Positions 20,231 to 30,121 of a stretch of DNA of 64,000 nucleotides are shown here, piece after piece. Within the stretch, counting starts at the first letter, position 1. Each line of letters opens with the position of its first letter. A program made the translations under genes and the position numbers. The stretch comes from Vicinamibacteria bacterium. GTDB lineage: Bacteria; Acidobacteriota; Vicinamibacteria; Marinacidobacterales; Marinacidobacteraceae. The stretch covers positions 3,104,001 through 3,168,000 of the forward strand of contig CAXXLQ010000004.1 in NCBI GenBank assembly GCA_963668695.2. The letters are read 5' to 3'. The notes beneath the pieces were generated by a model that was not told the origin of the DNA, did no database searches, and saw only the letters and a program-made list of their open reading frames with translations.

Positions 20231-20718
20231 GGGTCATCCCGAGTTCAGCCCGCGCGCTCTGGCTCGCTCGAGCGCTGTCCGGAGCGATCCTGGCGTTTGC
20301 GCTCTGCGCTCCGGCACCGCCGCCGGATGATCTCGAGGAGGTACTGGGGCGTTTCCGGCGGGCATTCGAAGAGGCGGACGCGGGCCACCTGGAGGGCCTC
20401 TATCCGTCAGGTTGGGCCCTCGTGGCGTTCGCCGGGGAAACCCGCCGCAGTATCACCGGCGACGAATTGCGACGCGGGCTGGAGCGGCTCTTCCGGACCC
20501 GGACGCCGATCAGCTACCAGGAGCGGCCGCGTTCCATTCGCCGCTCGGCGGACGGCGGGTATGTCCTGTTCGTACCCGAATGGACCAGCATGACCACCGG
20601 GACCGACCGACATGTGGTCGAGGCGCTGCGAATCGGAATCGAACGGGCACCCGTCACGCGAAACGAAGACTCGGCTCACCGCTGGGTGATCCGCGAATTC
20701 ACCGCCTGGACACGGTAG
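20227..20718 (+). CDS. Exported hypothetical protein, possibly NTF2-like fold
   Basis: 4-bp overlap with the kinase stop, signal peptide, helix-then-beta pattern. Confidence 0.6.
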   Translation: MRVIPSSARALWLARALSGAILAFALCAPAPPPDDLEEVLGRFRRAFEEADAGHLEGLYPSGWALVAFAGETRRSITGDELRRGLERLFRTRTPISYQERPRSIRRSADGGYVLFVPEWTSMTTGTDRHVVEALRIGIERAPVTRNEDSAHRWVIREFTAWTR

Positions 20719-20778
20719 CCGGCCCCACACCAGACGGCCGGAGACGCCGTGCTCCGGCCGACCCCCAGTCTTGCCCAG

Positions 20779-21600
20779 TCAGCGGCCGTCCGCCCGTCCT
20801 TCGCCGATCTGCGGAGACGCAGGCCCGCCCATCGCTACGGGATCCGGATCTGCGGAGCTGGTGGAAGTCGAGCGAACGAGCCGCTTGCCGAGCCTCCGCA
20901 AACCACGCAGCAGCGGTGAGGCCGCGTAGCCGGTGGCGAGGACCAGGAACATCGCCACCGGCTCCGCAATCGTCGCGACGATGAAGATCGCCAACACGAC
21001 CAGCATCCGATGGGACTGCGGCCTCCGCCCGGTCTGGCTCTTGAAGCTCGGATAGCGCACCGGGCTGCTCATCAGGAGTGCGAGCCCGAGCATTCCGAAA
21101 AGACAGGCGGCCGCCGCCACGGAGTTATCGGGAGGCGCCGGATGCCAGTAGGTCACTGCGGCTACCAAGGCGGCCGCCGCCGGCGACGACATCCCGGTGT
21201 AGTAGCGGGGATCGGCACTCAACCGCCCCACGTTGAAACGCGCGAGGCGGACAGCCGCACAGATCGTGAACAGCGCCGCAACCAGCCAGCCGGTCTGGGG
21301 CCAGCGATGCAGAACCCAGGCGTACGCCAGGACCGCAGGCGCCACGCCGAAGGAGACCATGTCCGCCAACGAGTCCAGTTCGCGGCCAAAATCGCTGGTG
21401 GCGCCGGCGAACCGCGCCACCCGGCCGTCCACCAGATCCGCAAGGATGGCGAAGCCGATGATGAGCCCGGCACTGCCGAAGTCCCCGCGAAGACTCTGGA
21501 CAATGGAGAAGAACCCCAAGAAGATGTTGGCCACCGTGAACACGGCCGGGAGCAGGAACACCCCCCTGCGCGTCCGGAGGCGCTGGCGTTTCATTCCCAC
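20779..21600 (-). CDS. pssA: CDP-diacylglycerol-serine O-phosphatidyltransferase
   Basis: DLVDGRVAR...FGRELDSLADMVSFGVAP, RLARFN; follows psd. Confidence 0.93.
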   Translation of the reverse strand: MGMKRQRLRTRRGVFLLPAVFTVANIFLGFFSIVQSLRGDFGSAGLIIGFAILADLVDGRVARFAGATSDFGRELDSLADMVSFGVAPAVLAYAWVLHRWPQTGWLVAALFTICAAVRLARFNVGRLSADPRYYTGMSSPAAAALVAAVTYWHPAPPDNSVAAAACLFGMLGLALLMSSPVRYPSFKSQTGRRPQSHRMLVVLAIFIVATIAEPVAMFLVLATGYAASPLLRGLRRLGKRLVRSTSTSSADPDPVAMGGPASPQIGEGRADGR

Positions 21601-22235
21601 TGTCCGATGACGCTGACTCCGCCGCGCACCCGGTCTCCCGGACGTACCGTGAGCCGGGCGCCGGCAGGTAGTAGAAGATCGGTCCGTGACCCGAAACGGA
21701 TGAGCCCGAAGCGTTCACCCATCCCCAGGCGGTCCCCAACGCGCACGCGGCAAACGATGCGCCGGGCGACAACACCGGCGATCTGGCGAACCCGGACCGT
21801 GCCCCGCTCGGTCGTCATCTCCAATTCGTTCCGTTCGTTCCGTTCGGCCGCGTCTTTCCGGAACGCCGCCTTGAACGCCCCTTCACGGTAGCGCACCGCG
21901 AGCACCCGGCCCGCCGTCGGAGCGCGGTTGATGTGCACGTCGAAGATCGAGAGAAAAATGCTCACCCGCTGCGTCTCCGCGTCTCCCTCTTCAGCCCGGC
22001 CCACCTCGGTGACCCTGCCGTCGGCAGGAGCGAGGATTGCATGGGCGTCATTCGGGGTACGCCTCTCCGGATCCCGGAAGAAAAAGGCGCAGAAACCGGC
22101 GCCAGCCAACAACACCCAGCCGGCCCACGAAAGGACGTCGACGCCGGCTACGCGAGCCGCAGCGAACAAGGCGACGGCGACGGCGAGCGGGGCCACCACG
22201 AAGACCCGGCCCTCCGGAGCGATCGGCAGTCTCAC
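21591..22235 (-). CDS. psd: Phosphatidylserine decarboxylase
   Basis: FFRDPER, APADG, IFLSIFDVHINRAP, FGLIRFGSRTD (GS cleavage site). Confidence 0.95.
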   Translation of the reverse strand: MRLPIAPEGRVFVVAPLAVAVALFAAARVAGVDVLSWAGWVLLAGAGFCAFFFRDPERRTPNDAHAILAPADGRVTEVGRAEEGDAETQRVSIFLSIFDVHINRAPTAGRVLAVRYREGAFKAAFRKDAAERNERNELEMTTERGTVRVRQIAGVVARRIVCRVRVGDRLGMGERFGLIRFGSRTDLLLPAGARLTVRPGDRVRGGVSVIGQWE

Positions 22236-22274
22236 GCGCCTATCGGGCAGTCTGCCGCAGAGAGAGTCGGCTCA

Positions 22275-22508
22275 ACAGTCTGTGGTGGAACTCGCGTGAG
22301 CGCCGAGAGCGGGGAGGCGCCCGGCTGACAAGGCGCGCGAGGGAGGAGCCCCCACCGGGAGAACTGGCCCGAGTGTATTTCGACCGAAGCGCAACGCAGA
22401 GTGCCGCAAAGCGCCAGTTCTCCCGGTGGGGGGCGGTTCAGCCGGGATGCATCGCCGCTCGAGCCCCCACCGGGAGAACTGGGCCGCGTGAGTTTCACCA
22501 CCGGCTGT
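22275..22508. mobile_element. MITE-like family A, locus 2 (three 18-nt units)
   Basis: ACAGTCTGTGG...CCACCGGCTGT-TA; near-identical reverse complement of 61477-61711. Confidence 0.85.
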
Positions 22509-22518
22509 TAGCAGCCGC

Positions 22519-22764
22519 TCAAGAGGACGTCGCAAGCGCGGCAATCTGGTCCTTCAGGGCCAGTTTGCGCTTCTTCATCACCGCCGCCTCGTGCTGCTGG
22601 CGGGGCGAGAGGTGCCCGTCCTTCGTCAGTTCTTGCAGCCGTTCGTCGAGTTCCCGGTGTCGCCGGATCAATTCCTCGAGATCGGGCATTTCCGCGGATG
22701 GGGCCATCGGGCCTGCGCCGGCCGCCGCGACGGTGTCGGTTTCGATCTGGTCTTCTTGGTTCAT
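22519..22764 (-). CDS. DUF465/YdcH-like small coiled-coil protein
   Basis: HRELDERLQEL...MKKRKLALKDQI pattern; ATG at 22764. Confidence 0.8.
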   Translation of the reverse strand: MNQEDQIETDTVAAAGAGPMAPSAEMPDLEELIRRHRELDERLQELTKDGHLSPRQQHEAAVMKKRKLALKDQIAALATSS

Positions 22765-22835
22765 GAATGCCTCCAGAATTCCGAAGCCGTTCCGCATCGG
22801 AAGCCGCTTCGGGAAAACACGGCAGTTAGTCCGTA

Positions 22836-23071
22836 ACAGCCTGTGGACAAAGTGACGTGAGCGCTGAGGCCGGTGAGGCCCAGTTCTCCGGGGGGGCCAG
22901 TCCTCCCGGGGTGGGGGCTCGGCTGACACGAAGCGCGAGGGAGGGACCCCACCGGGAGAACTGGCCTTGGTGAATTTCGACCGAAGCGCGGCGATGAGCG
23001 ACGCAAAGCGGATTGGTGTCAGCCGGGAGGTATCGCCGGCCAAACACCGGATGACTTCGTCCACAGGCTGC
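22836..23071. mobile_element. MITE-like family A, degenerate locus 3
   Basis: TA-ACAGCCTGTGGACAAAGT...ACTTCGTCCACAGGCTGC-TA; overlaps the tsaB stop. Confidence 0.8.
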
Positions 23072-23793
23072 TAAAGGGTATCGGAATGGTTGGCCAGGCC
23101 ATGGATGTCAGGATCTCGAAGATAGAGCGGTTCCAGCGTGAACTCTCCGCGTCGCGCCGCTTCGAGCCCCAACCGAAGCGCGGCCGGCGCCAAGGCTCGC
23201 TGCTCAGCCACTACCTCTACGTCCGAAGCTCCCTCCGCGATGATCTCCCGGTAGCGGGCGACAGCCGGCCCGCAAATGCGCCGCACGCGGTGCTTCGCAG
23301 CCCACCGCACGGTGTCTTGCGGCAATAGCCGGAAGGGGCCCTGCACCAGACCCTCCGGGCCGATTCCGTCGTATATGGCGGCAAACAACTCACCCCGCAG
23401 GGCATCCACGACCGCCAGCCGGCGCAGTGATGCGCCGTTCGTAGCCGCGTCGGCGTACGCCGCCGCGTCCAGACTCGAGACGCCGACAGCCCGAATCCCC
23501 GCCGCCAGAGCGAACCCCTGTGCGGTAGCAAGGCCGATCCGGAGACCCGTGAACGAGCCGGGGCCTCGCGTCGCAACCAGCATCGCGAGCTCGCCGTTTT
23601 CCAGCTTCGCCTGCTCCAGGGCCTCACGGATCGCGGGGAGCAAACTGCGAGAGTGCCGATTCGAAGGTTCGAAGGTCTGAACAACCTCTCCGGCCACGGC
23701 TGACCCGACATCTACGAACCCAAGGGCGACGCTGCCGAGCGTGCCGGTCGTATCGAGGGCCAGCACCGGGCCGGAGATCTGCTCTCCGCGCAC
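23071..23793 (-). CDS. tsaB: tRNA threonylcarbamoyladenosine biosynthesis protein TsaB (start uncertain)
   Basis: VLALDTT, HSRSLLP, GPGSFTGLRIG, DALRGE, EPLYLR. Confidence 0.92.
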   Translation of the reverse strand: MRGEQISGPVLALDTTGTLGSVALGFVDVGSAVAGEVVQTFEPSNRHSRSLLPAIREALEQAKLENGELAMLVATRGPGSFTGLRIGLATAQGFALAAGIRAVGVSSLDAAAYADAATNGASLRRLAVVDALRGELFAAIYDGIGPEGLVQGPFRLLPQDTVRWAAKHRVRRICGPAVARYREIIAEGASDVEVVAEQRALAPAALRLGLEAARRGEFTLEPLYLRDPDIHGLANHSDTL

Positions 23794-23867
23794 GCGCTTG
23801 GGTTCCGACTCTCGCAAGGCTCCGGCAATCCTACTTCCGGCGCTTGCCGGAGGGCCACGTTCCCGGG

Positions 23868-24196
23868 TGGCGGGTTTACGTTGGCCCGGGAGGGTGTTTC
23901 GCCGTCCCCGCCCAGGTCCACGCAACAAGCGTAGACAAAAGCGTGCGTCTCGCGGCCTACGGCCGTGATGCTTCCCAATGGCGGGTTTGCGTTGGCCCGA
24001 GAGGGTGCTTCGCCGTCCCCGCCCGGGTCCACGCAATAGGCGTAGAGAAAAGCGTGCGTCTCGCGGCCTGCGGCCGCGATGCTTCCCCAATGGCGGGTTT
24101 GCCATTGGCCCGGGAGGGTGCTTCGCCGTCCCCGCCCGGGTCCACGCGATAAGCGTAGGCAAAAGTGTGAGCTTCGCGGCCTACGCCCGCGATGCT
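23868..24196. repeat. Tandem repeat family C, three ~111-bp units with internal hairpins
   Basis: Units start TGGCGGGTTT at 23868, 23979 and 24091 and align along their whole length. Confidence 0.88.
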
Positions 24197-24223
24197 GGCC
24201 AGTTCTCCCGGTGGGGGCCTGCA

Positions 24224-26412
24224 CCCGACTTCGCCAAAACGTGACGTTCGGTTTCCGTAAGTCGCAGACAATACGGCCATTACAAAACAGGGTGCCAGCA
24301 GACTGGCACTACGTTTGTGTGTTTGGGTCCGGCCTTCGGCGGGTGCGCCGGCGGTAGTGGTGGGGCTCGACGCCCACCGCCCGCGCGATCTGGGCCACCT
24401 GCGCCGGGGGGCGGACATCCTGCCGATTCACGATCAGCCGTCCGTTCGTCTCCCGGATCGTGGTGGTCATCCGCACCCACGGCCGTAGCCGGGTGCGGAT
24501 CGAGTCCCACGACAGGGGGATGGCGCGCGCCTTCAGCCGGGTGCGGATCAGGTGCACCGCGTGATAGGCGAGCACCGCCAGGAAGAGGTGCGCCGCGATC
24601 CGGCGGTGCTTCACATGCCAGATCGGCCGCAGCCCCAGCTCCGTCTTGAGCGACCGGAACGTCGCCTCGATCTCCGTCAGCCGCCAGTAGGTCCGCACGA
24701 TCTGCTCTGTGCCCCAGCCCGTCTGGCTTGACCGCAGCAGATACGAACCCGCCCCCGCGTCCCGCGCCCCATAGCGCTTCGTCCGGCTCCACACCACCGC
24801 CGTCGCGTTGGGTCCCGCACCCTTCTCCACCTCCACCTCATACTGCGCCGACACCTGCCGATACCGCTCCCGGAGCCGGCCCACCGTGTCCATCACCTTC
24901 TCATACTGCTTCCGGCGGTGCGGGATCGTCAGCCCCTCGTGGAGGTGCCGCAGCGCCGTCTCATACTGCTCCCGGTGCCGCCCCAGCATCGCCTCCTCGG
25001 TGGCCCGCTTCCCCTCGCTCACCGCAACCAGCCGCACCTCCCCCTCGTCCTCCTCCAGCCTCCACGCCAAAACCTCCTGCTGCGCGCTCGTCGTCAATGT
25101 GACGTCCGCCTCCCCCTCCGGCGGCGCCGGCCGCGTCTCCCGACTCACGCAGATCCAGCCGTAGCCCCGCTCCCGAAGCCAGGCGATGTTCTCCTCCGTC
25201 GCGATCCCCGCGTCCAGGATCACCGTCGGCTTCTTCCCACCGTGCCCGCCCCCGGCATCCACCTCCGCCTCGAACCGCCCCAACGCCGCCGCCAGCGTCG
25301 CCGGCTCCGACACGTCTCCCGCCAGAACCTCGCAACCCCGCGGGAACCCCGCCCCATCCAGCGCCAGCGCCAGCGTCACCAGCGGGTGCTTCCGCCCCTC
25401 CTTCGAGCGCCCGAACCGCAACAGCTCCTTGTCCGAACGCCCCGTATACCAAGTGTTCGTCAGATCGTAGAAAACATCGTGTCCGGCAACTCCAACAGCT
25501 TCCGCTCCCGGCGGAACAGCCCCGCCTGCAACTCCCGCCGCAGCCGCCACAACACATCCCCCGTCCGGTAGAGCTTCTGGAGCGACAGCGCCTTCCCCCG
25601 ATCCAGGTCCAAAAGCTCCAGCGCCGCGCTGTCCTCCCGCAACCAGCGCAACGCCTCCCGTTCGCTGCTCGGATGCAGCATCTTCGCCACCACCAGCGCG
25701 GTGGCGATCCGCGCATCCCGGCCCCGCACCCCCTGCGCGTGCAGCAAGTCCCGAAAGCCCAGCTCCGCAAGCCCCGCCAGGCAGACGCGCTCCCCGCCTG
25801 CCGAACGGGAGTCCTCATGCTCCAGACTGTCGAGGTCCACCGTGGCCACCGCACCATCCCGGCCCGGCGTCTCCGCCCGCGGCGGCGCCAGCCCCTGGGT
25901 GCGCAGCCGGCGCACCAGGTCCTCGGCCGCCGCCTCGATGTCCGGGGGCACCGCCAACATCGGCCGTTGGCCCGCCAGCAGCACCTCGGTCACCAGAACC
26001 ACATCCCGCCACTGCTCCTTCGGAACCGGATAGTCCACGCCCAGGTTCAACAGAGACTCCTGGCGGACCTTGTCGCCGATTCGCACCGAGCGGGACAAGC
26101 GATAACTGTGCGCGGGTTCGCCGTGCTTGGTGTGGGTCTTGGTGGCGCGGATGTACACGGCGGGGCGGCGAGAGAGGCTGGGAGGGATGCCGGCGGATGG
26201 CAGAGCCAAAGTCAAGGCCTGAAACGCCATTTACAAAAGAACCTGGCACTACACGCCTCTCCCCCTCCTCCAAACCGCCGTCCGCCCACCGAGAGCCCGT
26301 TTTTGGCCCGTTTCGGACCTCCAATGGCCACTCTGGGCCCACTTTGGAGGCCGATTCGAACTTCCCTCAGCTCTGCATGCCGGCCCGACCCTCTAAAAGT
26401 GGCGAAGTCGGG
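24224..26412 (-). mobile_element. IS1634-family insertion sequence
   Basis: 13-bp perfect TIR CCCGACTTCGCCA (24224-24236) / TGGCGAAGTCGGG (26400-26412); flanks TGCA/TTCA; encloses the transposase. Confidence 0.88.
24309..26158 (-). pseudogene. IS1634-family DDE transposase, frameshifted near 25475
   Basis: N-part (M)YIRATKT...YRLSRSVRIGDKVRQ. C-part VFYDLTNTWY, FGRSKEGR, ILDAGI, YWRLTEIEATFRSLKTELGLRPIWH. One base is missing at ACG-AT-GTT-TTC-TAC. Confidence 0.88.
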
Positions 26413-26516
26413 TTCAGACCGGCGCTCCTTAGTCGCCAGAGGTCCGCGTTCCCGTGCAGGCGGCGCATAGCTGACCGGGCCAAAGAAATGGCGGCGAACC
26501 GGAGGTTCGGCGTCTG

Positions 26517-26732
26517 CGTGACCGGGGGGAAAGTGTGAAAGGGGGGCTCGCCCCCCTTTCACAATCAGTAATGACCAATCGGAACTTGCCGCAGCCCGCC
26601 GGAGGCGGGCAAGGAAGTTTCGATTGCCGGCGCGAAGCGCCGGGCGGTTCCCGGACGGGGCCCGAACCCAATCAAGACCACGGTGCAAACCGGCCACACC
26701 TCTGGCCCCGTCCGGGAACCGCTCGACCCTGA
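26517..26732 (+). repeat. Structured repeat family B, copy 1 (candidate ncRNA or ssDNA element)
   Basis: Four consecutive hairpins homologous to 33241-33452 and 48080-48301. Confidence 0.8.
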
Positions 26733-26746
26733 GAGACAATCGCGGC

Positions 26747-29500
26747 GTGACGACGGCCCCGCGGCTCTTCCCGGATGTCCAACTGGCGCCCGCCGGGCCT
26801 CCCGGCCGCCCGCCCCGCCCACCGGGAAAAGGACGCGGCACCTCGCCGGTGATGCAGCAATATTCGGAGCTGAAGCGGGAGGCCGGGGACGCCATCCTGT
26901 TCTTCCGGATGGGCGACTTCTACGAGATGTTCTTCGAGGACGCCAAGCGGGCCGGCGAGTTGCTGGGCATCGCAGTCACGTCGCGGCAGAACGATGCCGA
27001 CGGGAAGGCGATTCCCATGGCGGGCGTCCCGTACCACGCCGCCGAGGGATACATCGCGCGCCTGGTGCGGGCCGGTCTCCGGGTCGCGGTCTGCGAACAG
27101 GTGGAACCTCCCGGTCTCTCCAAGGGGCCGGTGCGCCGGGAGATCGTGCGGGTCGCGACCCCATCGACCTATCTCGATCCGGCCTATCTTGCGGGATCCG
27201 AAGCCGCCTACCTGATGGCCGTGGCCGAGGCCGGAACGCGGACGCAGCCCCGCCTCGGAGCGGCGTGGGTGGATCTTTCCACGGGGGATTTCACCGCTGC
27301 CGAATTCTCCTCGGCTAGCCGCCTGACGGAATGCGCCGAAGCCATGGCCGGTTTCCGTCCGCGGGAACTGTTGGTCGCGGAGGGATCGCCACCGAAGGAC
27401 CTGCTTCCGGTGCTGGGAGATCTGCCTCTGTTGACGGTGCGCCCTGAGCTCTGGTTCCAGTTCGAACATGCCCGTGACACGTTACGCCGCCACTTCGGAA
27501 CCCTTTCGCTCGAATCTTTCGGCGTCGAGGGAATGCCCTCCGCCATCTGCGCGGCGGGGGCCGCGATCAGCTACCTGACGGAGACTCAACGCGGTGGGCT
27601 CCACCACCTCGGCAGCCTCAAGCGTCTGGACACGTCGGGGCGCATGCAGATCGACCACCTCACCCAGCGAAATCTGGAGTTGTTCCGGTCGCTCTCCGTA
27701 GACATGGGAACCCCGTCCGGCGCAACCCTCGTCGAGATCCTCGACAGGACCGCCACCGCGATGGGGGCCCGCTTGCTGCGGCGGCGTCTGGCTCACCCCC
27801 TGCTGGATCCTCCGCGAATCCGCGGGCGGCATCTCGCGGTGGAGGCGGTCACCCGCGACCGGAACCTCCGGCGGGAGATCACCGGCGGACTTCGAGGCTG
27901 CCCCGACCTCGAGCGACTCGCTTCGAGGGTGGCGCTTCGGATCGCGGGCCCCCGGGAATACCTCAGGCTCGCGGACGGGCTGCGTGCGGCGTCGGCGATC
28001 CGCGCCACTCTCCGAGCAGCCCATGCGGAGCCTCTTCAGGAGGTCGCCGAACGCATCCTGGAATTGCCCGCAGTACTTCGGCGCATCGAGGAAACGATCG
28101 CACCCGAAGCGCCGGTCCTCGCCCGTGAAGGCGGCGTGATTCGGGAAGGTTTCTCCCCGCAAATCGACGAGCTCCGGCGTCTCCGCTTCCACGGCCGTGA
28201 GTGCATCCGCAACATGGAGACGAACGAGAAGCAGCGCACCGGGATCACGTCGCTGCGTATCCGCCACAACCAGGTCTTCGGTTACACGATCGAGGTCCCC
28301 AAGGGTCAAACGGGCCGGGTTCCCCAGGATTACGTTCGCCGGCAGACCCTGGTGGGGGCGGAGCGCTACGTCACGGAGGAGTTGAAGGAGTTCGAGGCAC
28401 GGGTGGCGCGCGCCGACGAGGAGATCCGCGAGTTGGAGGGTGAACTGTTCCGTAGTCTCGAGGACGAAGTCGGCGACGCCGCACGCGAAATCCTGGCAAC
28501 CGCCGGCGCGATCGCCGAGGCGGATGTTGCCGCCGGACTTGCCCAAACGGCGATTACGCATCGTTACGTGAAGCCGGAGGTTCACGACGGATTCGAGATC
28601 GAAGTGCGCGGCGGAAGGCACCCCGTGGTCGAGGCACTGTCCGGCGAGGAGTTCGTGCCCAACGACCTCAGTCTCGGCGACTCCCGCTTCCTGATGATCC
28701 TCACCGGCCCCAACATGGGAGGCAAGTCCACCTTCCTGCGCCAGACCGCGCTGCACGCCGTGATGTCCCAGATGGGCTCGTTCGTCCCGGCGGAGTCGGC
28801 GCGGCTGCCGGTGGTGGATCGTGTCTTCGCCCGCGTTGGAGCATCCGACGACCTCTCCCGCGGACGGTCCACGTTCCTCACGGAAATGGAGGAAACCGCG
28901 CACATCCTCCATCACGCGACGAGTCGAAGCCTCGTCTTGCTTGACGAAGTGGGTCGGGGAACCGCGACCTACGACGGCCTGTCGCTTGCCTGGGCCATCG
29001 TCGAGCACATCGCGCGCGATCCGGGATTGCGCATGAAGACGCTCTTCGCAACCCACTACCACGAGTTGACCGCGCTGGCGAGCGCCGAAGACGGCGTCGT
29101 CAACTTCCATGTCGAAGCGCGGGAACATCGGAATGAAATCGTGTTTCTGCGCCGCGTCGCGCCTGGAGGGACCAACCGAAGCTACGGCATCCAGGTGGCA
29201 CGGCTGGCGGGGGTACCGCGGGCAGTGGTGCGTCGGGCTCATGAGGTTCTTGAGGGGCTCACCGGCGGACTCGACGGACGCGGAGCCCGTCTGCCCGCGC
29301 CCGAACCAGGGGGCCCCTACTCCCTGCTGGAACCCGCCGAAAACCAGGTGGCCGAGGCATTGAGGGCATGCGATCCCGACAGTCTCAGCCCTCGGGACGC
29401 GCTCGAACTCCTCTACCGACTACGGCGGCAACTCGATCCGGCCGGATTTGGAGCAAGCGGGCGCTCCACTTCGAACCCGGTGGAGGAAGAGGAATCCTGA
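26747..29500 (+). CDS. mutS: DNA mismatch repair protein MutS (start uncertain)
   Basis: FFRMGDFYEMF, TGPNMGGKSTFLRQ, STFLTEM, DEVGRGT, FATHYHEL, SYGIQVARLAG. Confidence 0.97.
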   Translation: MTTAPRLFPDVQLAPAGPPGRPPRPPGKGRGTSPVMQQYSELKREAGDAILFFRMGDFYEMFFEDAKRAGELLGIAVTSRQNDADGKAIPMAGVPYHAAEGYIARLVRAGLRVAVCEQVEPPGLSKGPVRREIVRVATPSTYLDPAYLAGSEAAYLMAVAEAGTRTQPRLGAAWVDLSTGDFTAAEFSSASRLTECAEAMAGFRPRELLVAEGSPPKDLLPVLGDLPLLTVRPELWFQFEHARDTLRRHFGTLSLESFGVEGMPSAICAAGAAISYLTETQRGGLHHLGSLKRLDTSGRMQIDHLTQRNLELFRSLSVDMGTPSGATLVEILDRTATAMGARLLRRRLAHPLLDPPRIRGRHLAVEAVTRDRNLRREITGGLRGCPDLERLASRVALRIAGPREYLRLADGLRAASAIRATLRAAHAEPLQEVAERILELPAVLRRIEETIAPEAPVLAREGGVIREGFSPQIDELRRLRFHGRECIRNMETNEKQRTGITSLRIRHNQVFGYTIEVPKGQTGRVPQDYVRRQTLVGAERYVTEELKEFEARVARADEEIRELEGELFRSLEDEVGDAAREILATAGAIAEADVAAGLAQTAITHRYVKPEVHDGFEIEVRGGRHPVVEALSGEEFVPNDLSLGDSRFLMILTGPNMGGKSTFLRQTALHAVMSQMGSFVPAESARLPVVDRVFARVGASDDLSRGRSTFLTEMEETAHILHHATSRSLVLLDEVGRGTATYDGLSLAWAIVEHIARDPGLRMKTLFATHYHELTALASAEDGVVNFHVEAREHRNEIVFLRRVAPGGTNRSYGIQVARLAGVPRAVVRRAHEVLEGLTGGLDGRGARLPAPEPGGPYSLLEPAENQVAEALRACDPDSLSPRDALELLYRLRRQLDPAGFGASGRSTSNPVEEEES

Positions 29501-29562
29501 CCGCTGCCCATCGTCCGGCCGCCCGCGAAGCCCCAGGCGCAGCCATACACTCCCGCCAGTTA

Positions 29563-30117
29563 ACTGCCTGTGGACAAAGTCATGTGGCCCAGTTCTCCCG
29601 GTGCGGGCCTCGGTGCCCACCCCACTTCATCCACAGGCAGTTAACAGCCCGTGGTGAAACCCAGGCGGCGTTCGGCCGGCGATCCATCCCGGCCAAACAA
29701 CCGGTGATGAAACCCAGGCGGCGTTCGGCCGGCGATCCATCCCGGCTGAACCGCGTCGCTTCGCGCCGCTCATCGTTGCGTTTCGGTCGAAATACACCCG
29801 GGCCAGTTCTCCCGGTGGGGGCTCCTCCCTCACGCGCCTTGTCAGCCGGACCCCCACCGGGAGAACTGGGCCTCGCCCCCACCGGGAGGACTGGCCAACC
29901 TCGGCACTCACCCGGGTTCCAACACAGGCTGTTCACCGCGTCGCTGCGCGCCGCTCATCGTTGCGTTTCGGTCGAAATACACTCGGGCCAGTTCTCCCGG
30001 TGGGGGCTCCTCCCTCACGCGCCTTGTCAGCCGGACCCCCACCGGGAGAACTGGGCCTCGCCCCCACCGGGAGGACTGGCCAACCTCGGCGCTCACCCGG
30101 GTTCCAACACAGGCTGT
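29563..30117. mobile_element. MITE-like family A, composite locus 4 (mini-element 29563-29641 plus tandem/duplicated copies)
   Basis: TA-flanked ends, internal TA junction at 29642-29643, seven 18-nt units. Confidence 0.85.
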
Positions 30118-30121
30118 TAAC

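Noticed and set aside
24224-26412. IS1634 transposase as the mobiliser of family A or of the 18-mer
   Set aside because: Its TIR (CCCGACTTCGCCA) shares no similarity with family A ends or the 18-mer, and DDE insertion would leave target duplications.
26663-26703. Family B loops as independently acquired spacers
   Set aside because: The three loops share residual similarity (e.g. CCAA.CA.GAC.ACG; CTAT...AGATC), consistent with divergence from a common ancestor.
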